Virus record (IMG/VR): IMGVR_UViG_3300025034_000006
Length of the DNA: 64,000 nt
DNA from: an uncultured virus (IMG/VR IMGVR_UViG_3300025034_000006)
Lineage: Duplodnaviria; Heunggongvirae; Uroviricota; Caudoviricetes
Strand: one strand, 5' to 3'
Positions 42,086-48,748 of the stretch are shown piece after piece (the stretch's first letter is position 1; every line of letters begins with the position of its first letter). The notes under the pieces were generated by a model. The model made no database searches. It was not told where the DNA came from and saw nothing but the letters and a program-made list of their open reading frames with translations. A program made the translations under genes and the position numbers.

Positions 42086-42454
42086 ATGACCTTGGAAGAA
42101 ATCCACGATGCGCTGATCACCGATCACCGTGCGAACGGACCTGATGGTTGCTCGAACATCGATCGTATCAGATTTATCGGCGAAACCATGCAGCCGCAGG
42201 TGATCGACCTGACTGTGGACTATGACTTCACATTGGTAGTCGAGGAAGAGAGTCCGATCTTGGTGGCGGCGGTGAAACATCTGGCGCTTCTGAAACTGGA
42301 CTACATCAACCGGCTTTATGATCATTGCCACATGATGAAAGAGGTGTATGACGCTGAGGCAGCCAAGCTGATCCTCGCCGTGCGCCGCATTGACCATCAT
42401 CTTTCCTATTTGGAAGAAGGTCTACCCACCCCACCATTCTCGGTGTTCTCGTAG
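42086..42454 (+). CDS. Hypothetical protein
   Basis: TAATG coupling with an upstream small Cys-rich ORF. Confidence 0.5.
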   Translation: MTLEEIHDALITDHRANGPDGCSNIDRIRFIGETMQPQVIDLTVDYDFTLVVEEESPILVAAVKHLALLKLDYINRLYDHCHMMKEVYDAEAAKLILAVRRIDHHLSYLEEGLPTPPFSVFS

Positions 42455-42542
42455 GTCCAGTAGTTTTTCCACTTATTTGTTGACACGAATCGCGAATCGC
42501 CTTAACTCGCGATTACCGAAAGCAACAAAGGAGTGAAACACT

Positions 42543-43169
42543 ATGGCTATCAAGCGTGCCAAGACCTTCGATGAGAAGCAGTTCTATCGGCTGCTTACTC
42601 ACATCGAAACCCACAGCGTCATGCCCAAGCGTGACAAGCTGATTGTGGCTCTGTCATTCAAGGCCGGGCTGCGTGTCGGTGAGATCGCCAAGATCAAGAT
42701 CAGCGCGATGACCGATGTCGATGGCGCTATCGCCAAGCAGATCAACATCTTTTCCGATGTTGGTAAGAAGCAGCGGATGCGTGACATCCCGATGAACCCC
42801 CTGATCAGAACCTGTCTGGAAGAGTTCCGCGAGGAATATCCCAACGCCAAGTTCGTTGCGATTTCTTCGCAGCCCTTCCGTTGGATTCTGGCACGGGGCC
42901 GGCCGATCCCGAAAGATGCTGAGTTCAAGCAGATGTCCCCGGAAGCCTTGAAGACTTACTATCTCAAGATGCTCAAGTCGTTCGGGTTCGAAGGCGCTTC
43001 CACTCACTCGGGTCGCCGAACTTTTGGAACCCAGCTTGCCCGAACAGCTAACGCTCACCACTGCTCACTTCGTGACGTTCAGCGGTTGATGGGTCACGCT
43101 CGGATGGAAACTACCGAAGCGTATATCGAACTCACCGAAGATGCATCTGCGATGGTGATGGCACTCTAA
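42543..43169 (+). CDS. Tyrosine recombinase, catalytic domain only
   Basis: GLRVGE, HSGRR, LMGH, TEAY (R-H-x-x-R-H-Y). Confidence 0.9.
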   Translation: MAIKRAKTFDEKQFYRLLTHIETHSVMPKRDKLIVALSFKAGLRVGEIAKIKISAMTDVDGAIAKQINIFSDVGKKQRMRDIPMNPLIRTCLEEFREEYPNAKFVAISSQPFRWILARGRPIPKDAEFKQMSPEALKTYYLKMLKSFGFEGASTHSGRRTFGTQLARTANAHHCSLRDVQRLMGHARMETTEAYIELTEDASAMVMAL

Positions 43170-43243
43170 CAAACTTTTTTCTTGACCAACTAGGTGGAGC
43201 GTCATAGAGAACGAATCACCGACAACAAATGGAGGATACAGAC

Positions 43244-43810
43244 ATGACGAATGCAGTGAAAACCCCCGCCCGTGGGCGCAAGAAGATCGATCAGGCAGCC
43301 CTCGACGCTGCGAACGAAGCCTCCAAGGCACTGAGCGAGAAGCAGCAGCAGGCCGCTTCGAAGCCCCGTGCCAAGGCGGCTCCCAAGACCCGCGCCAAGG
43401 CCGCTACTGGTCTGGGCAAGCAGCGTCAGGCAGATGCCGCTGCTCCGGTGATGGAAAAGCAGGGGGCTTCGGCTTCCGGTAAGTCCGCTCCGGTCGAAGA
43501 GCTTCGCGGCGGCACCAAGCAGGTGCTGATCACCGAAGCTGTGATGGTCGGACGTTCCGGCCGGCCGGCTGGTGTCGAGGAATACCCGTTCGGCGAGCTT
43601 CCGCCCGCCTACAAGGATGAGAACGGACAGATCGTTGGTCTCTCGTTCTTCATCCCGATGACTGACAAGGCCGAGGGCAAGCTTTCTGCTGCCCGCAAGC
43701 GCCACAAGTGCCTGTTCTGGAGCCGCACGGTTTACGAGCAGGTCAATGGCAAGGGCCCCAAGGTCGAAGGTCTTCGCATCTGGCGTGGCACGCCTGACAT
43801 CAAGGCGTAA
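43244..43810 (+). CDS. Basic Ala/Lys-rich protein, possibly DNA-binding
   Basis: GGAGG SD; histone-like N-terminus; ends GLRIWR. Confidence 0.55.
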   Translation: MTNAVKTPARGRKKIDQAALDAANEASKALSEKQQQAASKPRAKAAPKTRAKAATGLGKQRQADAAAPVMEKQGASASGKSAPVEELRGGTKQVLITEAVMVGRSGRPAGVEEYPFGELPPAYKDENGQIVGLSFFIPMTDKAEGKLSAARKRHKCLFWSRTVYEQVNGKGPKVEGLRIWRGTPDIKA

Positions 43811-43820
43811 CCACGCAAAC

Positions 43821-43853
43821 GGAAGGGCCGTCACGAAGGTGGCGGCCCTTTCC
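43821..43853 (+). terminator. Intrinsic terminator
   Basis: AAGGGCCGTCAC/GTGGCGGCCCTT hairpin followed by TCCTT. Confidence 0.7.
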
Positions 43854-43931
43854 TTATAGTGAGAGCCAAATAATTTTCACTGACTGTCATTTTTATGTTG
43901 ACACTGACAGTGAGAATCGGTAATTCGGCCC

Positions 43932-44150
43932 TCCAACGTCTGCTCCATGGTTTTCCGAGGGGCAGGAACAGCCGGAGTCACTCTGACCCCGCAGCGTCGA
44001 ACTTGGGCGCGAGCGAGTCATTGGCCGGTCTGGTGCGGATACGTTTCGTGTCAAGGGCGGGTAGAACGGGGGAAGCCCCGAGATCACCGGCCCCCAGCAC
44101 GATAGGCCAAGCCAGCGCAAGTGGTCCTGTCACGCGGTAAGTCATGGAAT
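43932..44150 (+). ncRNA. Unassigned structured RNA (~215 nt)
   Basis: Own promoter TTGACA(43898)-17-TAATTC; TCCATGG/TCATGGA closing pair; no credible ORF. Confidence 0.45.
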
Positions 44151-44209
44151 ATCTCGACGAGTTGATTTGATTAAGTGTTGACACGAATCGAATCACCTAA
44201 TAGAGAGAC

Positions 44210-44771
44210 GGAATGCCAGCCTGATGGCGATAGTGTGAGGCAACTCACATAAAGGGGGTAAGGCCACTTAACCCCGCCGGTCCCGATCGGTCAATTCAGG
44301 CAAGCGCAGTCAGGTCCGCGAGGACCGCTTCACCGGGATAACCTTGCAAACTTAGCATAGTTGGTAATGCAAACGACTCTTAATCGTGAGATCGGTGGTT
44401 CAAACCCACCAGTCTGCTCCAAACGCAAAGATTGCCACGACTGCATGTGAAAGACGCCTAATGCCATAGAGGCTTGCCTCAATGTGGCCCGACCTGATCT
44501 CGCAAGGTGATGGTTGGTTGGTGGAAGAAGTTTCGTTGGGCCCGCAAGCCCTTAATGGCTGGAGACAGTCAGCGGAATCGAAACTGCCGAATATCATGCA
44601 GTGTCACCGCAAATGCCAGCGGTCCCGTGAGAACCGGGAGAAAAAGGCGGCGTTGGTCTGGAACTGAGCTACCGCAAGGGGCTTGGTGGATAAGTCGGGA
44701 AGGTGACTCGCAAGGTCACTATAATCTGACGAATGACGGATCGTAGCGGGTGTAATCTCAACCTGCTTCCA
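44210..44771 (+). ncRNA. GOLLD-like large structured RNA with embedded tRNA
   Basis: Promoter at 44178; many GNRA-capped hairpins; long-range pairs CTGCATG/CATGCAG and GTTTCG/CGAAAC; internal tRNA; family call from architecture only. Confidence 0.5.
44346..44421 (+). tRNA. tRNA-Lys(CTT), inside the large RNA
   Basis: Cloverleaf, loop CTCTTAA, TTCAAAC, CCA. Confidence 0.85.
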
Positions 44772-44780
44772 TTTTTCGAT

Positions 44781-44953
44781 TTCTATGTTGGCCCAGCAAA
44801 GAAGGTTAGCTACCTTCCCCTCGGTTCCCGCAGGTCAGGTCGATCCCAGCAATTCTCGAATGCAGACGGATCGTCGAAGCATCAGGTCCAGTAATTCGAG
44901 CCGTGGCTTGATCGCATTGGGCGTCGCTGCAAACCCGCTGGGTCATCATAGAA
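44781..44953 (+). ncRNA. Rod-like RNA (~173 nt), 6S-like size and shape
   Basis: Nested pairs TTCTATG/CATAGAA, TGGCCCAGC/GCTGGGTCA, CTCGAAT/ATTCGAG. Confidence 0.45.
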
Positions 44954-44960
44954 AACGATA

Positions 44961-45129
44961 GCCCGGAGTAACCGCCACAACAGATTGGTAGCTTCCATGG
45001 AAAGTTGTCGGGAGTTGGTCAGGGATGTTTAGGTGAAGTCGCCTTCGAAAGCGGCGCGGTGGATCGGAAAGCAGGGTTGATCTCCTGTGGAACGATAGGC
45101 CAGTGGTTCGACTCCACCTCCGGGCTCCA
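44961..45129 (+). ncRNA. tRNA-like RNA with ~130-nt body
   Basis: 8-bp acceptor GCCCGGAG/CTCCGGGC, T arm GTGG-TTCGACT-CCAC, ends TCCA. Confidence 0.6.
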
Positions 45130-45136
45130 TAACGCT

Positions 45137-45276
45137 TCACTCGTAATGAAGCTTCTCAGCGGAATGTCGGCGGTCACGCGACCTAACCGGCGATCCGTGG
45201 GTTTACACTGAACCGGCGGAAGGAAGGGCGTAGTGAACCCGGCCGAGCTTCGAGAGGCCCCATTACGAGTGATCCA
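45137..45276 (+). ncRNA. Structured RNA with 12-bp terminal stem and NCCA end
   Basis: TCACTCGTAATG/CATTACGAGTGA followed by TCCA. Confidence 0.55.
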
Positions 45277-45278
45277 TT

Positions 45279-45402
45279 TGTGATCGGGCCGGCGGCACCA
45301 GATAGGTTTAAGGCGAGTGGACTCCCGTCGAACGGAGACGACAGACCCGGATAAAAACCGTGTATGGGTGTTGCTAGTGCTTTGGCCGCCGGCCTGATCA
45401 CA
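45279..45402 (+). ncRNA. Structured RNA closed by 18-bp stem
   Basis: TGTGATCGGGCCGGCGGC/GCCGCCGGCCTGATCACA. Confidence 0.5.
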
Positions 45403-45408
45403 GATGTT

Positions 45409-45494
45409 TCACTTGCAACAAGGGAGGCGGGCACCGTCGGGAAACCGGGACGGATGATTCGCGAACTTTAGTCCGCTCTCCTTGTTGCGAGTGA
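45409..45494 (+). ncRNA. Long hairpin RNA
   Basis: TCACTTGCAACAAGG...GCGGGC pairs with GTCCGC...CCTTGTTGCGAGTGA. Confidence 0.45.
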
Positions 45495-45682
45495 TGTTCG
45501 AGTTTTTCTCACTTCCCTGTCCGCAGGGGTGACCCGGTAGGTAACCAAGGGTGGTTCGAATATCCTCGCATTTAGTTCCTGTGGGTTCCATGGAGCCCCT
45601 TGAATCCTCAAGCAGGTGACAGAGAGTTAAAGGAGCCGCCCTGCTCCGAAACCAGATAAAATGGGTGAGTGCAATTTTTTAG

Positions 45683-45711
45683 TTGACATTCGAATCGGAT
45701 GTCGTTACACT
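45683..45711 (+). promoter_or_regulatory. Promoter of tRNA operon 1
   Basis: TTGACA-17-TACACT with CGAATCG in spacer. Confidence 0.8.
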
Positions 45712-45763
45712 TCGATCATCAAGACCGGGATGTTCCGGCCAAACAGGATTTCAGAGTTCAACC

Positions 45764-45853
45764 ATGTTCAACGTAGTCGCCATGAATAACCCAGCAGCAC
45801 CGGCCATTATGGTCCCGGTCGCGATGGCGTGCGAACAGATGGTTGGTGGCTAG
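45764..45853 (+). CDS. Leader peptide 1 MFNVVAMNNPAAPAIMVPVAMACEQMVGG
   Basis: Between promoter and terminator; 22 of 28 post-start codons are N/V/A/M/P/I. Confidence 0.8.
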   Translation: MFNVVAMNNPAAPAIMVPVAMACEQMVGG

Positions 45854-45882
45854 GCCACTTCACTCTCCAAGCAGTTATCTCG

Positions 45883-45919
45883 ATCGGGGGCCATGGCAAC
45901 ATGGCCCCCGATTTCGTTT
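45883..45919 (+). terminator. Attenuator terminator 1
   Basis: Perfect 13-bp stem ATCGGGGGCCATG-GCAA-CATGGCCCCCGAT followed by TTCGTTT. Confidence 0.85.
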
Positions 45920-45995
45920 CAGGGTCTAGCTCAGTTGGAAGAGCGTCCGGTTTGGGACCGGAAGGCCGTAGGTTCGAGCCCTACGATCCTGACCA
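45920..45995 (+). tRNA. tRNA-Pro(TGG)
   Basis: Canonical cloverleaf, CCA. Confidence 0.95.
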
Positions 45996-46007
45996 TTTCA
46001 AGAGTAT

Positions 46008-46086
46008 CAGGCGGTAGGGGAGTCTGGCCGTCCCTACCTCCCTCGGACGGAGGGGATCGCAGGTTCGAATCCTGCCCGCCTGACCA
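46008..46086 (+). tRNA. tRNA-Pro(CGG)
   Basis: Cloverleaf, loop CTCGGAC, CCA. Confidence 0.9.
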
Positions 46087-46092
46087 AGTTAT

Positions 46093-46163
46093 AGCAGAGC
46101 CTCAGTGGGGGCGGGGCCTCATAAGCCTTTGACCCGGTGGCGCACATCCACCCTTTGCTACCA
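46093..46163 (+). tRNA. tRNA-Met(CAT), atypical (short D arm, T loop CGCACAT)
   Basis: Acceptor AGCAGAG/CTTTGCT, loop CTCATAA, CCA. Confidence 0.7.
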
Positions 46164-46301
46164 GATAGGTGACCCAGCCACCTCCTCGTCGATCGCCGAG
46201 ATCGTCAGGTGCCCCGCACGATCAGCGGAGCTAGTAAAACCACTGGGACGTTTCGAACCGTCTCGTTGAGACGCGTCTAAGCCGGAGTAATTAACCGGCG
46301 T

Positions 46302-46412
46302 ATGCGGGGCGGTTGTAGAACGAGGAGGACGCCGGTTCGAATCCGGCCACCGGGGCAAGGCTCCGGTGTAGCTCAGGTGGTTAGAGCGCCTTGTTGATTT
46401 CGTCCCCGGCAT
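46302..46412 (+). ncRNA. YrlA-like Y RNA / circularly permuted tRNA-like element
   Basis: Order is T arm, looped acceptor hairpin (CACCGG/CCGGTG), D arm; closed by AACGAGG/CCTTGTT. Confidence 0.7.
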
Positions 46413-46442
46413 CCGTCAAATCGGATGGGACAAAGAGTTTGT

Positions 46443-46518
46443 TGGTGATTAGCTCATTCAGGAGAGCGCTGGTGTCACATACCAGAGGCGGCAGGGGCAG
46501 AGCCTGCATCACCAACCA
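46443..46518 (+). tRNA. tRNA-Val(CAC)
   Basis: Cloverleaf, atypical T loop GGCAGAG, CCA. Confidence 0.85.
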
Positions 46519-46519
46519 T

Positions 46520-46597
46520 CCACGGATAGCTCAGTTGGTAGAGCGGCCGACCGATAATCGGCGTCTTGCGCAGGTTCGAGCCCTGCTCTGTGGACCA
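46520..46597 (+). tRNA. tRNA-Ile(GAT)
   Basis: Cloverleaf, loop CCGATAA, CCA. Confidence 0.9.
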
Positions 46598-46744
46598 GTT
46601 ACCAAACCCTTGACGGGGTGAGGACGCAGGGGTTAGTCTCCCTGTAAGAGCGAGACTAATAGACCGAACATTCGGCCGGCGGATGAGTTGACGACTCGCA
46701 CTCCCGGTTGATCAGTAGGTTGAGGTCTCGCTACCAGTTTATGT

Positions 46745-46828
46745 TCGGTGGTGACAGAGTGGTAATGTGCCCGGCTGTTAACCGGTGTCCCCGAAAGGGC
46801 GGAGGTTCGACCCCTCCCCGCCGAGCCA
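46745..46828 (+). tRNA. tRNA-Asn(GTT) with long variable arm
   Basis: U1-A72, G73, loop CTGTTAA, CCA. Confidence 0.85.
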
Positions 46829-46843
46829 ATTTAGGAGAAGTGA

Positions 46844-47152
46844 GTGGAACGCTACAACATCAGCTACGATCGACCCGGACGAAAACTCCGGGAGACCGAT
46901 CCGGGCCCGTCTGATACCACATGGAAAGGTGTCCGGGAACATTGGTCGAGATCGCATGATGGGCAGTTTCTCTCGGACTATCAGGAAGGTGTCGCACTGG
47001 CCCAAGCGGATTTGACCGCTGATAACCGGGACAATCGCGACGCGCTCTTGGCGGTAGAGGTAGCAGATCGCGGACTTGGCTGGGAAGCCCAGCGCGATGG
47101 TTACCTCGACACGATCGGCGAAGGAAAATACGTCGCTCGTTTGGATTTTTAA
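46844..47152 (+). CDS. Hypothetical protein within tRNA operon
   Basis: AGGAG SD plus GTG. Confidence 0.55.
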   Translation: MERYNISYDRPGRKLRETDPGPSDTTWKGVREHWSRSHDGQFLSDYQEGVALAQADLTADNRDNRDALLAVEVADRGLGWEAQRDGYLDTIGEGKYVARLDF

Positions 47153-47541
47153 TGACAGAGATGAACGTCTTATGTCTGACTTGCCAAACGGAATTGACTG
47201 GTAAACAGACCAAGTTTTGCTCACGAGCATGTCAGAACAAAAACGGTAATGTGAGGAATCAACTCTACGAAAAACAACAAGCCCGAGGCTTGAAAAGAAA
47301 AATGGAGTTGATAAACCTTCGAGGAGGTGGTTGTGAAGAATGTGGTTACAGAGATAATCTAGCTGCTTTGTGTTTTCATCATACAGATGAGACTTCAAAA
47401 GGTTTCGAGCTTACTTTAAGAGAGCTTTCGAATCACAAAGAAGAAACTATAATGAAAGAGTTCGCCAAATGTGTTGTGTTATGTCATAATTGCCATATCG
47501 AACACCACAATCCGAGCCTGAATGGCTGGTATAAGAAATAA
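47152..47541 (+). CDS. HNH endonuclease, probable homing endonuclease in the tRNA cluster
   Basis: CEECGY...LCFHH...LCHNCHIEHH; AT-rich. Confidence 0.85.
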   Translation: MTEMNVLCLTCQTELTGKQTKFCSRACQNKNGNVRNQLYEKQQARGLKRKMELINLRGGGCEECGYRDNLAALCFHHTDETSKGFELTLRELSNHKEETIMKEFAKCVVLCHNCHIEHHNPSLNGWYKK

Positions 47542-47543
47542 TT

Positions 47544-47617
47544 GATCCTGTAGCTTAGTGGTCTAAAGCTCTCTCCTCATAAGAGATGAAACGTAGGTTC
47601 AAATCCTACCGGGATTA
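47544..47617 (+). tRNA. tRNA-Met/Ile2(CAT), no encoded CCA
   Basis: Cloverleaf, loop CTCATAA. Confidence 0.85.
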
Positions 47618-47618
47618 C

Positions 47619-47693
47619 GCTTCGTTAGCTCACCAGTAGAGCGCTGCCGTGACAAGGCAGAGGTAGGAGGGGCAGCACCTTCACGAAGCACCA
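47619..47693 (+). tRNA. tRNA-Val(GAC)
   Basis: Cloverleaf, T loop GGCAGCA, CCA. Confidence 0.85.
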
Positions 47694-47699
47694 CAGTTT

Positions 47700-47777
47700 G
47701 GGGTCGCATGTTCCAAGGGAAGGCGACGGACCCTTGCAAGGTCTGTGAGGTGGGTTCGATTCCCACCGGCTCCACCA
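47700..47777 (+). tRNA. tRNA-Ala(TGC)
   Basis: G3-U70 pair, loop CTTGCAA, CCA. Confidence 0.9.
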
Positions 47778-47839
47778 TACTTGACACGGCCAAAATTTGG
47801 CCTATTGTCGGCCGAAGCAATCATGCTAAAGGAACCGAC

Positions 47840-48016
47840 ATGAACACTTTGTATAGCTGGAAAATCCGCCGGGCTGGTGCTGGTATGACCATCACTCATT
47901 CGTGCGGTAAGATCGTCAACGTCGCTGACATCGAAGCCAAGGGTGACCGGATCATTGCCACCACGGCGACTGGGGCTGAGTTCGAATTGGCGACGCCGCC
48001 CCTCCTCGCAGGGTAA
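47840..48016 (+). CDS. Small hypothetical protein
   Basis: TTGACA at 47781, AAGGA SD, ATG. Confidence 0.55.
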   Translation: MNTLYSWKIRRAGAGMTITHSCGKIVNVADIEAKGDRIIATTATGAEFELATPPLLAG

Positions 48017-48045
48017 ATTAAAAATACGCCAGTGTGATTTTTGTG

Positions 48046-48074
48046 TTGACATAACGAATCGAATCACATATAGT
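48046..48074 (+). promoter_or_regulatory. Promoter of tRNA operon 2
   Basis: TTGACA-17-TATAGT with tandem CGAATC. Confidence 0.85.
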
Positions 48075-48127
48075 TCGGCTTCAACAACGGACACAGTGTC
48101 CACCAAACAGGATTTTGAGTAACTGCT

Positions 48128-48190
48128 ATGACCTACGGATTTACCAAACGAGATCGCCGGAGAGGCGAAGAACGAGGTTTCACCTCGTAA
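48128..48190 (+). CDS. Leader peptide 2 MTYGFTKRDRRRGEERGFTS
   Basis: 14 of 19 post-start codons are K/R/D/G/E/F; 5' UTR shares CCAAACAGGATTT..GAGT with leader 1. Confidence 0.8.
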   Translation: MTYGFTKRDRRRGEERGFTS

Positions 48191-48226
48191 CCCGGTAGTG
48201 CGTAGAGCTATCGGTGTCGTTTTGAC

Positions 48227-48302
48227 GGACCTTTAGCTCAGTAGGTAGAGCAGGCGGCTCTTAACCGCAAGGTGGTAGGTTCAAGCCCTACAAGGTCCAC
48301 CA
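48227..48302 (+). tRNA. tRNA-Lys(CTT)
   Basis: Canonical cloverleaf, CCA; lies upstream of terminator 2. Confidence 0.95.
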
Positions 48303-48320
48303 AAACGACATCGATTTTTG

Positions 48321-48358
48321 AACGCCCTACCGGTCGCCCGGTGGGGCGTTTTTCGTTT
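48321..48358 (+). terminator. Attenuator terminator 2
   Basis: 13-bp stem AACGCCCTACCGG-TCGC-CCGGTGGGGCGTT followed by TTTCGTTT. Confidence 0.85.
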
Positions 48359-48377
48359 CCCGGCTGGTTCTTGGCAT

Positions 48378-48453
48378 GGACCGGTAGCTCAGTAGGCAGA
48401 GCGCGGGACTTTTAATCTTGAGGTCGTGGGTTCGAACCCCACTCGGTCTACCA
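48378..48453 (+). tRNA. tRNA-Lys(TTT)
   Basis: Canonical cloverleaf, CCA. Confidence 0.95.
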
Positions 48454-48479
48454 AGAATATCAATAGTTTACGACTAGAT

Positions 48480-48554
48480 GCGGGTGTAGCTCAGTGGTAG
48501 AGCGCCTGCTTGCCAAGTAGAAGGTCGCGGGTTCGATCCCCGCTACCCGCTCCA
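48480..48554 (+). tRNA. tRNA-Gly(GCC)
   Basis: Canonical cloverleaf, CCA. Confidence 0.95.
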
Positions 48555-48582
48555 GTCGAAGTTGTTAGTGATGAGTGATGAT

Positions 48583-48658
48583 GCAGCCGTAGCTCAGCGG
48601 TAGAGCGGGAGGCTTCCACCCTCCGTCAGCGCGGGTTCGATCCCCGCCGGCCGCTCCA
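48583..48658 (+). tRNA. tRNA-Gly(TCC)
   Basis: Cloverleaf, loop CTTCCAC, CCA. Confidence 0.9.
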
Positions 48659-48670
48659 TCACTTATTATT

Positions 48671-48745
48671 GGCCGTGAAGCCCAACGGTTGGGCAGCGGA
48701 TTGTCTATCCGAAGGTTGCGGGTTCGAATCCCGTCACGGTCGCCA
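48671..48745 (+). tRNA. tRNA-Asp(GTC)
   Basis: Cloverleaf, G73, CCA. Confidence 0.9.
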
Positions 48746-48748
48746 GTT

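Noticed and set aside
43940..44135. Cobalamin riboswitch
   Set aside because: Only fragmentary similarity (CCCCGCAGC, AGCCAG), and no downstream CDS to regulate
44826..44892. SRP (4.5S) RNA from CAGGTCAGGTC
   Set aside because: The required following GGAAGGAAGCAGC is absent at that position
43893..46914. Small ORF-track entries across the RNA island
   Set aside because: They lack SD and codon bias, and overlap tRNAs or strongly paired RNA structures
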